This document shows positions 28,539 through 38,217 of a stretch of 64,000 nucleotides of DNA, in pieces. Position 1 is the stretch's first letter; every line of letters begins with the position of its first letter. The notes under the pieces were generated by a model. That model searched no databases and was not told where the DNA came from. It saw only the letters and a program-made list of their open reading frames with translations. The position numbers and the translations under genes are program-made. Source of the DNA: Deltaproteobacteria bacterium (GTDB taxonomy: Bacteria; Desulfobacterota; GWC2-55-46; DRQE01); the NCBI GenBank assembly GCA_029858205.1, contig JAOUFM010000003.1, forward strand, positions 210,936 through 274,935. The letters are read 5' to 3'.

Positions 28539-29426
28539 ATGGTTTTCGACAGCATAAAAGCAGGACTCTTAAAAACCCGTAACGCGATAGTCGGCGGAAT
28601 ATCCTCGGCCCTTGGCATGGCGCCGACAGCAGAGACACTTGAGAAGCTCGAGGAATCGCTTCTTACCGCAGACATAGGGGTCGAAACTTCCACGGAAATA
28701 ATCGAAGCAATCAAGACGGGCAGCGGCAAAGAGCCGGACGCCCTTGCCGGAGTAATCCGCTCGAAGATTTTCGACATAATGAGGACGGTTGAGGCGCCGC
28801 TCTCCGTGGCCCCCCAGACTCCTTTTGTAATAATGGTGCTCGGCGTAAACGGGGTTGGCAAGACAACCACCATCGGAAAGCTTGCAACGTATTTTTCCGC
28901 CAAAGGTAAAAACGTGCTCATTGGCGCTGGCGACACCTTTCGCGCAGCGGCCATAGAACAACTAGACGTCTGGTGCAAACGTGCGAACTGCCAGGTCGTA
29001 AAGCACTCGCACGGCGCAGACCCTGCGGCGGTTGCCTACGACACCATACGCTCGGCAATATCCAAAAAGGCCGATGTCGTAATCCTCGACACAGCCGGAA
29101 GGCTGCATACGAAAACCAACCTCATGGAAGAACTAAAAAAAATAAAGCGCGTCATGGAAAAGGAACTCCCCGGCGCGCCACACGAAAGGCTTCTCGTGCT
29201 CGACGCCTCGACCGGCCAGAACGCCCTTAACCAGGCGCGCCTCTTTAACGAGGCCGTCGGGGTGACCGGCATAATAGTGACAAAACTCGACGGCACGGCA
29301 AAGGGCGGCATAATCGTGCCAATGGCCAGGGAGCTGAAAATTCCCATCCGTTTCATCGGGGTTGGAGAGAGCGCCGAAGACTTAAAGGAATTCAACGCAA
29401 AGGATTTCGCTGACGCCATAGTGTAG
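28539..29426 (+). CDS. ftsY: signal recognition particle receptor FtsY (NG domain only)
   Basis: Carries VLGVNGVGKTTTIGKLA, GDTFRAAAIEQL, LDTAGRLH and TKLDGTAKGG. At 295 aa it has no acidic A domain. Confidence 0.9.
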   Translation: MVFDSIKAGLLKTRNAIVGGISSALGMAPTAETLEKLEESLLTADIGVETSTEIIEAIKTGSGKEPDALAGVIRSKIFDIMRTVEAPLSVAPQTPFVIMVLGVNGVGKTTTIGKLATYFSAKGKNVLIGAGDTFRAAAIEQLDVWCKRANCQVVKHSHGADPAAVAYDTIRSAISKKADVVILDTAGRLHTKTNLMEELKKIKRVMEKELPGAPHERLLVLDASTGQNALNQARLFNEAVGVTGIIVTKLDGTAKGGIIVPMARELKIPIRFIGVGESAEDLKEFNAKDFADAIV

Positions 29427-29466
29427 CGGGCACATTACAGCAAACCGCCTAACCAAGAGAGAGCTC

Positions 29467-30003
29467 ATGGATAAGAACACCGAAATATTCTACGCAATCT
29501 CCAAAAAACGCAAAAGCATCCGCGCGTTCAAACCCGACAGCATAAGCGACGAAATAACCTCGCGCCTTCTTGAAGAACTTAGAAACTCGGAAAGCGCGGC
29601 AAACCGGCAGCCCTGGCACTTTATCGTGCTAAAAGGCGAGGACAAGAAACGCTTTGACCACGTGTTTACAAAAGACGGCTTTAAGACAGCGCCGCTTTGC
29701 ATCGTTGGCTGCGCAGAGCCAAAGCAGGCCTGGGTAAGGAAATCCGACAACGCCAACTACGCGGAAATCGACGTGACCATAGCACTTACGAGAATGATAA
29801 GCGCCGCAACTGCAGAAGGCATCGGAAGCTGCTGGATAGCGGCATTCGACCCGATTGAAGTAAGAAAAACCCTTTCTTTACCCGACGCCGTAGTACCCGT
29901 CGGCATCATAGCCCTTGGATACCCCGAGACCGAACTCAAAGTGGAAGAAAAACCGCGCAAACCTCTAAAGGAGATACTCCACCATGGGAAATGGCAAGGA
30001 TAA
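29467..30003 (+). CDS. nitroreductase family protein
   Basis: KRKSIRAF, SAANRQPWHFIVL and GSCWI are nitroreductase-fold hallmarks. Confidence 0.8.
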   Translation: MDKNTEIFYAISKKRKSIRAFKPDSISDEITSRLLEELRNSESAANRQPWHFIVLKGEDKKRFDHVFTKDGFKTAPLCIVGCAEPKQAWVRKSDNANYAEIDVTIALTRMISAATAEGIGSCWIAAFDPIEVRKTLSLPDAVVPVGIIALGYPETELKVEEKPRKPLKEILHHGKWQG

Positions 30004-30367
30004 CAAGAACGGCGACTACGTACTGCTAAGGCCCGACCGAAGGCGCGACACGCGTAAGCCGATACTCGTGCTTCGCGTAACAGAGGCACGCTCTAACGTC
30101 TTCTTTGGTTACGCAAAAAACATCAGCAGAGGCGGGCTCTTTATTTCGACCGTAAACCCAAGAAAGGTCGGTGAAGAATTCAAGATAGCCTTCGATTCCC
30201 CTGTGGACGGCAAGCAAATAATCTGCAACAGTGCGGTCGCATGGATAAGGAACTATTCACCGGAGACAAAGCTCGAGGCAGGCATGGGCATGAGGTTCCT
30301 TGATCTAAACGAAGAGGAAAGAAAAACAATCGATGAATGGGTAAAGCTCAAGCCGAAAAAAAGATAA
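29984..30367 (+). CDS. PilZ domain protein (putative c-di-GMP receptor)
   Basis: An RxxxR-type motif (DRRRDTRKP) and a D/NxSxxG motif (NISRGGLFI). It overlaps the nitroreductase gene by 20 nt. Confidence 0.75.
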   Translation: MGNGKDNKNGDYVLLRPDRRRDTRKPILVLRVTEARSNVFFGYAKNISRGGLFISTVNPRKVGEEFKIAFDSPVDGKQIICNSAVAWIRNYSPETKLEAGMGMRFLDLNEEERKTIDEWVKLKPKKR

Positions 30368-30370
30368 GCC

Positions 30371-31774
30371 CTAGTTTTTGACTGTCCATACAGTGCCCGA
30401 GGCTGTATCCTCGAGCATAATGCCCTTTTCCTTCAACTCGGCGCGTATCGCGTCTGCCCGCTTAAAGTCCTTGTTCTTTTTCGCCTCAAGCCTTTCGTTT
30501 ATAAGACGCTCTATCTCTTCCTTTGGAAGAGCTGCCATGGCCTTTAACTCGCCAAAGTAAGCAGCCGGGGTTTTGTCGAAGGTGCCAAGTATCTTCCCTG
30601 CCTCCTTTATTATGCCGAGCGAAGCGGCAATTGCCATTACGTCTTTTTTACCGGAATCAAGCGCTCTATTTATATCAGCGATTTCCTTAAACACCTCGCC
30701 CACAACTGCAGCGGTGTTAAAATCGTCGTCCATGGCCCCGGTTATCGCGCTTATATTCTTTTTGTCCGGGATATTCTTCACTGCCTCCGGGCACTCTGTC
30801 TCGACGCGCTCGAGCGTTTTATAGAACCTCGAGGCCTTTGCCTCGGCCTCAACAAGCGAATCTGCCGAGTACTCTATCGGAGAGCGGTAGTGGCTGGAGA
30901 GAAGAAAGAGCCTGACACTTTCAGCGGTATTTCTCTTTAGCACTTCCTTTATGGTAAGAATATTACCAAGCGACTTGCTCATCTTCTCTGACTCGATATT
31001 CACAAACCCATTATGCATCCAGTATCTGGCAAATGTCTTGCCGATTGCGGCCTCGCTCTGCGCGACCTCGTTTTCGTGGTGCGGGAACACAAGGTCCTTA
31101 CCGCCGCCGTGGATGTCTATTGTTTCGCCAAGGTGCTCAAGGCACATGGCAGAGCACTCTATGTGCCACCCCGGACGGCCTTCGCCCCACGGGCTCTTCC
31201 ACTTCGGTTCATTTGGCTTCGATGCCTTCCAGAGCGCAAAATCGAGCGGGTCGTTCTTGCGCTCGTTAACGTCTACTCTCGCGCCTGCCTCGAGGTCCTC
31301 GATGTTCTTACCCGAAAGTTTTCCGTACTCCTTGAACTTTCTTACCGAATAATAAACATCGCCGTCCATCACGTAGGCAAAGCCCTTTTCAACAAGCCGC
31401 TCTATGACCTCGATGATTTTCTCTATTGTCTCGGTTGCCTTGGGCCTGATGCTTGGAAGCTCCACGCCAAGAGATGCCATGTCCTCGTCGTAGGCCTTTA
31501 TGAACTCGGCGGCGACATCCTCGGATGTCCTGCCCTCTTTATTGGCACGGTTTATTATCTTGTCGTCGATGTCAGTATAATTCTTTGCGAACTTTACTTC
31601 ATAGCCGGCATACTTTAGATACCTGTACACGGCATCGAAGCTCACAGCGCTTCTTGCGTGTCCAATGTGGCTTAGGTCGTATACGGTAGGGCCGCAGACA
31701 TACATGAGCACGCGGTTGCCCGAGACCTTGAACTCTTCTTTTGCGCCTGTCTTTGTGTTGAAAATTTTAAGCAT
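30371..31774 (-). CDS. cysS: cysteine--tRNA ligase
   Basis: HIGH motif (LSHIGHARS), KMSKS motif, and WPGWHIECSAM. 467 aa. Confidence 0.95.
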   Translation of the reverse strand: MLKIFNTKTGAKEEFKVSGNRVLMYVCGPTVYDLSHIGHARSAVSFDAVYRYLKYAGYEVKFAKNYTDIDDKIINRANKEGRTSEDVAAEFIKAYDEDMASLGVELPSIRPKATETIEKIIEVIERLVEKGFAYVMDGDVYYSVRKFKEYGKLSGKNIEDLEAGARVDVNERKNDPLDFALWKASKPNEPKWKSPWGEGRPGWHIECSAMCLEHLGETIDIHGGGKDLVFPHHENEVAQSEAAIGKTFARYWMHNGFVNIESEKMSKSLGNILTIKEVLKRNTAESVRLFLLSSHYRSPIEYSADSLVEAEAKASRFYKTLERVETECPEAVKNIPDKKNISAITGAMDDDFNTAAVVGEVFKEIADINRALDSGKKDVMAIAASLGIIKEAGKILGTFDKTPAAYFGELKAMAALPKEEIERLINERLEAKKNKDFKRADAIRAELKEKGIMLEDTASGTVWTVKN

Positions 31775-31794
31775 CTATCTGCCGCTATCCCTTC

Positions 31795-32271
31795 TTAAGC
31801 ATTATCAACGAGCAAAACAACTGCATAGGCCTTTATGCCAAGCTTCGAGCCCGTAAACCCGAGGCCTTCCTCTGTCTTGCCCTTTACGTTCACCATCTCC
31901 GCGCTGCAGCCAACCGCCTTTGCAATTGTCTCGCGTATCCTGTCAATGTAAGGCAAAAGCTTCGGCTCCTCGCATACGACGGTGGAATCGATATTATGTA
32001 CCTTAAGCTTCTTTTTCTTTATCTCGGCTATGGTCTTTTCAAGAAGCACGAGGCTGGATATGTCTTTATACGTGTTGTCGGTTGGAGGAAAATGGCGGCC
32101 TATGTCGCCAAGCCCGGCAGCCCCGAGTATCGCGTCGATTACCGCATGAAGAAGAACATCGGCATCGGAATGCCCGTCAGGGCCATAGGCGCACTCTATC
32201 CTCACGCCTCCGAGCACAAACGGCCTGCCTTCCTTATATCTATGTACGTCGTAACCGAATCCTATGCGCAT
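31795..32271 (-). CDS. ispF: 2-C-methyl-D-erythritol 2,4-cyclodiphosphate synthase
   Basis: MRIGFGYDVHR, GHSDADVLLHAVIDAILGA and GDIGRHFP are IspF signatures. Confidence 0.95.
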   Translation of the reverse strand: MRIGFGYDVHRYKEGRPFVLGGVRIECAYGPDGHSDADVLLHAVIDAILGAAGLGDIGRHFPPTDNTYKDISSLVLLEKTIAEIKKKKLKVHNIDSTVVCEEPKLLPYIDRIRETIAKAVGCSAEMVNVKGKTEEGLGFTGSKLGIKAYAVVLLVDNA

Positions 32272-32314
32272 AGATTCTCCAAGGTCTTAAAGATACAGTA
32301 TCAGGGCGCGCTCT

Positions 32315-33127
32315 TCAAGGGTTTTCTCTTAGCTTTTCCCTGCCCTTCAAAAGCTCTTTGGCAACGAATTTTTTGGCCTCCATGAGCTCTTCGACAACGG
32401 TTATGTCAACGGGTGTTGTGCCATTCAAAAGCCCTTCGGCAACGGCTATGTCGACTGGCGTTGTGACCTTGATGTTCTCCGGCAGCCCCTCGACAACCGT
32501 TACGGCAATGCTTAGCCGCTCGACAAGCGAGCTTTCGTCCGTGCCGATGTAATTGTCTTTTAGGGCCGCGTCAAATGCCTTTTTTAAAACATCTACGGCA
32601 AAGCCCTGCGGCGTTTGCACGGAAATGAGCTTATCTCTATCTATGGTAGCCTTCACCCGGCCATCTGATACTTCCTTTATCGTGTCCTTCGGTTTTATGC
32701 CCGGAATGGCTGCCTTGTGTTTTATCACCGCTGCTATCACCTCGTCTATAAGCTTTACAGTAACAAGCGGCCTTGCAGCGTCGTGCACAAGGACAATATC
32801 AAAGGAATCCTTTATAACCTCGAAGCCATTTCTTACCGAATCTTGCCGCTCCTTGCCGCCCTCGACCACCTTCAAAACTTTTTTAAAGCCAAACTTCGTA
32901 ATGACTTCTTCCACGCACATCTCAACGTCTCCGGGAGGAACAACGACCACGACTGCGTCGACAAACGACGAGTCCTCGAATGGTCTAAGCGTGTGCGCGA
33001 GCATTGGACGCCCGTTAAGCTCAAGAAACGCCTTTTTCCTGGAACCGAGCCGTTTACCAAACCCTGCAGACGGAATTACGGCAGCGGCCCTTGGCCTTTG
33101 TGAGTTCATTTTCCCAATCATATCCAT
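32315..33127 (-). CDS. ispD: 2-C-methyl-D-erythritol 4-phosphate cytidylyltransferase, with duplicated C-terminal segment
   Basis: Carries AAVIPSAGFGKRLG, VLVHDAARP and VQTPQGF. The track ORF starts at TTG 33145, right after a terminator T-tract. ATG candidates are 33127, 33121 and 33109, so the start is uncertain. Confidence 0.9.
   Translation of the reverse strand: MDMIGKMNSQRPRAAAVIPSAGFGKRLGSRKKAFLELNGRPMLAHTLRPFEDSSFVDAVVVVVPPGDVEMCVEEVITKFGFKKVLKVVEGGKERQDSVRNGFEVIKDSFDIVLVHDAARPLVTVKLIDEVIAAVIKHKAAIPGIKPKDTIKEVSDGRVKATIDRDKLISVQTPQGFAVDVLKKAFDAALKDNYIGTDESSLVERLSIAVTVVEGLPENIKVTTPVDIAVAEGLLNGTTPVDITVVEELMEAKKFVAKELLKGREKLRENP
32391..32480. repeat. imperfect 45-nt tandem duplication inside the ispD 3' end
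   Basis: Unit 1 (32391-32435) begins tcgacaacggttatgtcaacgggtgttgtgcc. Unit 2 (32436-32480) begins tcggcaacggctatgtcgactggcgttgtgac. On the minus strand they encode TTPVDIAVAEGLLNG followed by TTPVDITVVEELMEA. Confidence 0.7.
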
Positions 33128-33150
33128 ATAAGATTTATACGGCAAAACCT

Positions 33151-33193
33151 GACAAAAAACAAGCTGCCCGGCATCTTACGCCGCCGGGCAGCT
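33151..33193 (-). terminator. rho-independent terminator downstream of carD
   Basis: An 11-bp perfect stem, agctgcccggc (33162-33172) with gccgggcagct (33183-33193), and a 10-nt loop. On the minus strand it is followed by TGTTTTTTGTC (plus-strand A6 at 33154-33159). Confidence 0.65.
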
Positions 33194-33224
33194 TTCCATT
33201 CCCAGAAACTTTTATAAAACCCTC

Positions 33225-33740
33225 TCAGGCCCTTTTGACCTTGAATATGATATCGAGCTCCTTCTCAACGTTCTCTTCCTTCTTCTTCTTTGCAACCGAT
33301 ATTTCCTTTACAAGAAGGTTTCTCGCGGTATCGAGCATCTTTCTCTCGCCAAAGGAAAGCTCCTTGCCGTTCTTAAGATTGCTTAAATCCCTTAGAACGC
33401 TCGCCACTTCCATAGCGCATCCGGTCTTTAGCTTCTCGGTATAATCTCTATACCTTCTGTTCCACGTCTGGCCGTCTTGAGAAGCCGACTTCTTCTGCTT
33501 AAGCACAGAGTAGACCTTCGGGACCATACTCTTCTTCATTACTTTTCTAAGTCCCACGTTATCGGCATTGGTGGTCGGCACCATGATGGTCGCATCAGAG
33601 CCGAGAACCTTAAGCACATAGAACGACGAGTCCTTACCGAGTATCTTTCGTTTCTCTATCCCCTCAACAACAGCCACCCCGTGCGCCGGATATACCATTA
33701 ATTCTCCGGCCTTAAACGTATCGATACTCACTTTCGCCAT
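33225..33740 (-). CDS. carD: CarD/CdnL family transcriptional regulator (RNA polymerase-binding)
   Basis: The N-terminal FKAGELMVYPAHGVAVVEGIE is typical of the CarD_CdnL_TRCF domain. 171 aa. The carD-ispD-ispF-cysS order is a common synteny. Confidence 0.85.
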   Translation of the reverse strand: MAKVSIDTFKAGELMVYPAHGVAVVEGIEKRKILGKDSSFYVLKVLGSDATIMVPTTNADNVGLRKVMKKSMVPKVYSVLKQKKSASQDGQTWNRRYRDYTEKLKTGCAMEVASVLRDLSNLKNGKELSFGERKMLDTARNLLVKEISVAKKKKEENVEKELDIIFKVKRA

Positions 33741-33869
33741 AATTTTAGGACCTCTCTTGGTATTTAGGTATTTATAGGCAAACGACGAGCTAATAGACTA
33801 TATCATGAATATTGCTGTTGGTCAAGGATTTTTAATGTACACTTAATCTAAGTGATACTTTTAAAGCAC

Positions 33870-33900
33870 AAAACCCCGGCAGAAATTCTGCCGGGGTTTT
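33870..33900 (-). terminator. rho-independent (potentially bidirectional) terminator downstream of glnA
   Basis: A 9-bp GC-rich stem, ccccggcag (33874-33882) with ctgccgggg (33888-33896), and a 5-nt loop. It is flanked by AAAA on the left and TTTT on the right, 28 nt after the glnA stop. Confidence 0.65.
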
Positions 33901-33927
33901 GCAAAATATACCTTTATTATCGGTATG

Positions 33928-35340
33928 TTAGCAGTCGAAATACAGGAGGAACTCGTGCGGTGTAGGCCTTAATCTGACCTCTTTAAGCTCCTTTTCGGTC
34001 TTGTACTCTATCCAGGTATCTATGACGTCCTGGGTAAAGACATCACCCTTCAAAAGGAACTCATGGTCATCCTTCAGGGCATTTAGCGCCTCGTCAAGGG
34101 AGCCTGCTGCCGACGGTATCTTCTTAAGCTCCTCAGGGGAGAGCCCGTAGATGTTCTTATCGAGCGCCTCACCCGGATCTATCTTGTTCTTAATGCCGTC
34201 AAGACCAGCCATGAGCATGGCGCTCATCGCAAGGTATCCGTTGCAGGCCGGGTCAGGGAACCTTACTTCGATCCTCTTTGCCTTTGGAGAAGGCGAATAC
34301 ATCGGTATCCTTATGGAGGCCGAACGGTTGCGGCTCGAGTACGCGAGGTTTATCGGCGCCTCGTAGCCTGGAACGAGCCTCTTATAGGAATTGGTCGTCG
34401 GGTTGCAGATGGCATTAAGGGCCTTAGCGTGCTTAAGGATACCGCCGATATAATACATGGCGAGCTCGCTCATGCCGCCGTACTTATTGCCGGCGAAAAG
34501 GGGCTTACCGCCCTTCCATATGGACTGGTGAACGTGCATGCCGCTGCCATTGTCACCGTAAAGGGGCTTTGGCATGAAGGTAACGGTCTTGTTCCACCTT
34601 CTTGCGACGTTCTTTATTATGTACTTGAACCACTGAAGCTTATCGCCCATGTTAAGGAGCGAATCGAAACGCATATCAATCTCCGCCTGCCCTGCTGTTG
34701 CGACCTCGTGATGCTGCCTCTCGACCTTTATCCCGACCTGCTCCATGATAAGGCACATCTCGTTACGAAGATCGTTTTGCGTGTCAGTCGGCGCAACCGG
34801 GAAGTACCCTTCCTTATGACGGGTCTTATAGCCGAGGTTCGGGCACTCTTCTCTTCCGGTGTTCCACACAGCCTCTTCCGAATCTATATAGAAGAAACCC
34901 TGGTGCGGGGTGCTGCTATAGCGGATATCGTCGAATATGAAGAACTCGGGCTCAGGGCCGAAGTACGCGACATCGCCTATGCCCGTGCTCTTGAGATATG
35001 CCTCTGCCTTGATCGCGATGTTCCTCGGGTCCCTTGAATACGCCTCCTTGGTTATCGGGTCAACGACATTGCATATGAGACTAAGTGTCGGCACCTCGGA
35101 GAAAGGCTCCATGACCGCTGTCCTTGCGTCCGGGATTACGAGCATGTCGCTTGCATGAATAGGCTGCCAGCCTCTTATGCTGGAGCCGTCAAAACCGAGC
35201 CCCTCTTCAAACACGTCTTCGGTCAACTCGTCTATCGGGCATACGAAGTGCTGCCATATGCCGATAAAGTCGAGGAATTTAAAATCCACCATCCGTGCCT
35301 TGTTGTCCTGCGCAAATTTTAGTGCGTCTTTCGGTTTCAT
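33928..35340 (-). CDS. glnA: glutamine synthetase type I
   Basis: Carries [27 protein letters not shown] and [13 protein letters not shown]. The adenylylation-region NLY motif is present. 470 aa. Confidence 0.95.
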   Translation of the reverse strand: MKPKDALKFAQDNKARMVDFKFLDFIGIWQHFVCPIDELTEDVFEEGLGFDGSSIRGWQPIHASDMLVIPDARTAVMEPFSEVPTLSLICNVVDPITKEAYSRDPRNIAIKAEAYLKSTGIGDVAYFGPEPEFFIFDDIRYSSTPHQGFFYIDSEEAVWNTGREECPNLGYKTRHKEGYFPVAPTDTQNDLRNEMCLIMEQVGIKVERQHHEVATAGQAEIDMRFDSLLNMGDKLQWFKYIIKNVARRWNKTVTFMPKPLYGDNGSGMHVHQSIWKGGKPLFAGNKYGGMSELAMYYIGGILKHAKALNAICNPTTNSYKRLVPGYEAPINLAYSSRNRSASIRIPMYSPSPKAKRIEVRFPDPACNGYLAMSAMLMAGLDGIKNKIDPGEALDKNIYGLSPEELKKIPSAAGSLDEALNALKDDHEFLLKGDVFTQDVIDTWIEYKTEKELKEVRLRPTPHEFLLYFDC

Positions 35341-35394
35341 CTTCTTATTGCTCCTTCTCTTGTTTTTTGAAAATCCCTGCTGTTTTATAAAAAC

Positions 35395-35769
<375 letters not shown>

Positions 35770-35774
35770 TTATA

Positions 35775-35791
35775 TTGCAAGCACCGTGCCT
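35775..35791 (-). promoter_or_regulatory. sigma-54 (-24/-12) promoter upstream of glnB-glnA
   Basis: The minus-strand sequence aGGCACGGTGCTTGCAa matches the TGGCAC-N5-TTGCA consensus at all but the first base. The -12 element lies about 44 nt upstream of the glnB ATG (35733). Confidence 0.6.
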
Positions 35792-35843
35792 AAATCTAAC
35801 AGCTTGATTTTATTGGATTTTATCCCGACAAGCCCGCAGCGCC

Positions 35844-35860
35844 TGCCTAAAAAATAGGCA
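35844..35860. promoter_or_regulatory. 17-bp palindrome, candidate enhancer-binding-protein (NtrC-type) site
   Basis: TGCCTA-AAAAA-TAGGCA is a perfect inverted repeat, about 60 nt upstream of the sigma-54 promoter relative to glnB. Confidence 0.35.
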
Positions 35861-35933
35861 TTATTCGGGATATCTGTGTCAAATTTAATCAGGGTTGTTG
35901 ATTAATGGTGCATACTTCTGCTAATCTTTTTAT

Positions 35934-36440
35934 ATGTCCATGCGCATTATGATAGACGGATACAACCTTATAGCGACGATGTTCCCGGACGCTCTCTCCG
36001 GCGACCTCGAGGCAAAGAGAGAACAGCTCTCAGCCTCGCTCTCTGCCTACAAAAAGCTTCGCGGCGTAAAGATAACCATCGTGTTCGACGCCCAGGGAAG
36101 CGGCAGGCTTACGGAAGGAAGCTTTAACATAAAAGGCGTGTCGACCGTATTTACCGCCAAAGAAACGGCAGACGACTATCTTAAAAAAGCCAGCGTGGAA
36201 TTCGGAGGCGGCCTGACGATAATAACATCGGACAACGACGTTGCCGGCTTTGCGGAAAAAAATGGAGCTGTGGCAATATCTTCGGAAGAGTTCGCACGGA
36301 TACTGGAAAACGCCCTTTACTACGAAATAAAGGGCGTAACCGAAGAGGATGAGGAAGATAGTTGCGGAAATAAAAAAGGCCCGTCAAAGAGGCCTTCCAA
36401 AAAAGACCGGGCGCATAGCGCCCGCCTGAAAAAACTCTGA
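35934..36440 (+). CDS. NYN-domain protein, YacP/Rae1-like putative ribonuclease
   Basis: RIMIDGYNLI, ITIVFDAQGSG, IITSDNDV, and a basic C-terminal tail. About 168 aa, like YacP. Confidence 0.7.
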   Translation: MSMRIMIDGYNLIATMFPDALSGDLEAKREQLSASLSAYKKLRGVKITIVFDAQGSGRLTEGSFNIKGVSTVFTAKETADDYLKKASVEFGGGLTIITSDNDVAGFAEKNGAVAISSEEFARILENALYYEIKGVTEEDEEDSCGNKKGPSKRPSKKDRAHSARLKKL

Positions 36441-36452
36441 CAAAAGACTATC

Positions 36453-38174
36453 TTACTTATCGGGCCCTATAGTCTGAAGTTTCAACGGTGCTGCTGCTTT
36501 TTCTATCTCGGCTGCCGGCAAACGCTCGCCCTTTTGTACTCTATCTCCGAGCGTACTATAATACTTCACCTTTTCCGGCAACTCTTTTATCACATACAAC
36601 AATGCAAGACATCTATACGCCCAGGGGTCTTTCGTATCATTTAACAATACCGCTGTTTTAAAATCGATTTCCGCCTTTTCCATATCCCCTTTTTTATTTC
36701 TTCTTTGAAAAGCATTGCCTCGCATAACATAGTGATTCCATGCTTTAGGGTTCGCCTTTATGCCTTCATTGTAGTCTATGATTGCTTCATCAAGCCTGTT
36801 TATACGGAAAAAATAATACCCCCGCTTAATACGGCTAAGGACTATCGCATCGGCATTTCCTTTGCCGACGTAGGAAAGCTCATGTGTCCAAAATGAGTAA
36901 TCGTCTCTCCAAATATTTATCTGGGACGAAGTCTTCATGGTAAGCAAAATCACGATAGCAGCCGCAATGGCTATCGCCCCGGCCTTTACAACGCGCATTT
37001 CTCTGTAACCGTAAAACGCCGCGAGCGCCGCGCCCACAAGCAGAAATAACGACAAGGATGGCAGATACATATACCTATCGGCCGCCACCTGCCCGCCGAC
37101 CTGAACAATACCGATAACAGGCAACAGCGTTATAACGTAAAAAGCCCACGCGGCGAGAAAATATGGCCGCTTTTTACAATACATAACACCAATCGCAGTT
37201 ATAAACCCAAAAAAGGATATTGCCAACAAGGTTTTTCCTGACCACAGAGATATATCTACGCTGTGCGGATAAAACGGCATAAGAACGTTCGGAAAAACGG
37301 TTTTTTCAAGGTAAAACACATAGGTCTGAAACATATGCGCCGCCCTGACAGACATCGGTTTGACCTCTAACGGCGCTATTGCACTCTTTTGGGCCATTAT
37401 GGTCGTAAGCGACACGGCAAGACTTAGCATTATAAACGGCACTTTGTTTACCGCTTCACTTATAAGATTCTTGAAACTATTTAGCCTCCCTAACGGATAG
37501 AAATCCAGTATAAGCAAAGTCACCGGTATGGAAACCGCCATCGGCTTGCTCATCATAGACAACACACAAAAAAACAGAGAATACGCATAAGCCCCGCCCC
37601 TGCTTGCCGATTCACCCGTTTTATAGCGAATATAAAACAACAGACAAAGAACATAAAACACCGCACAAAGCACATCCTTGCGCTCCGATACCCAGGCAAC
37701 ACTTTCCACATGCAACGGGTGTATGCCAAACAACATCGCGCAAACAAATGCGGCAAAAAATAGCCTGAACCTATCTGTCTCTTTGTTCAACACAACGGAT
37801 AACAGCTTATACCCGAACCAGAACACAAGCCCTGTGGCAATGGCATGCAAAGCTATATTCGTAAGATGATAGCCCATGGGATCCAAACCCCAGATCATAT
37901 AATCGAACTTATATGACAAATTAGTAAGCGGGTGCCAATTACCGGGATGCATAGAGGTAAATGCGGCGAAAATAAAATCCCACCCGTTTTGGGAAAGTAG
38001 TGGATTGTTTAAGACATAATCATTGTCGTCCCAGTCTACAAAACCAAAGGTGATGGCTTTCAAATATACAACAAAGGTAAACAATCCGATTGCCAGCGAT
38101 ATTGCCGGAACAAACCATTTTTTAGCAGCACTGTCGGAATTACCTGATTTTTCAAATATACTATTATTTTTCAT
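36453..38174 (-). CDS. GT-C-like multi-pass membrane protein with C-terminal TPR repeats (TMTC/PMT_2/DUF1736-type putative protein O-glycosyltransferase), paralog 1
   Basis: Carries YLKAITFGFVDWDDNDYV, NWHPLTNLSYKFDYMIWGLDPMGYHLTNI, FGIHPLHVESVAWVSERKD and ADRYMYLPS, with a TPR-like C-terminus. Confidence 0.6.
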   Translation of the reverse strand: MKNNSIFEKSGNSDSAAKKWFVPAISLAIGLFTFVVYLKAITFGFVDWDDNDYVLNNPLLSQNGWDFIFAAFTSMHPGNWHPLTNLSYKFDYMIWGLDPMGYHLTNIALHAIATGLVFWFGYKLLSVVLNKETDRFRLFFAAFVCAMLFGIHPLHVESVAWVSERKDVLCAVFYVLCLLFYIRYKTGESASRGGAYAYSLFFCVLSMMSKPMAVSIPVTLLILDFYPLGRLNSFKNLISEAVNKVPFIMLSLAVSLTTIMAQKSAIAPLEVKPMSVRAAHMFQTYVFYLEKTVFPNVLMPFYPHSVDISLWSGKTLLAISFFGFITAIGVMYCKKRPYFLAAWAFYVITLLPVIGIVQVGGQVAADRYMYLPSLSLFLLVGAALAAFYGYREMRVVKAGAIAIAAAIVILLTMKTSSQINIWRDDYSFWTHELSYVGKGNADAIVLSRIKRGYYFFRINRLDEAIIDYNEGIKANPKAWNHYVMRGNAFQRRNKKGDMEKAEIDFKTAVLLNDTKDPWAYRCLALLYVIKELPEKVKYYSTLGDRVQKGERLPAAEIEKAAAPLKLQTIGPDK

Positions 38175-38217
38175 TTTTCAAACTGCTCCAACACAACGAT
38201 TTTTTTAACTTGCCGGT

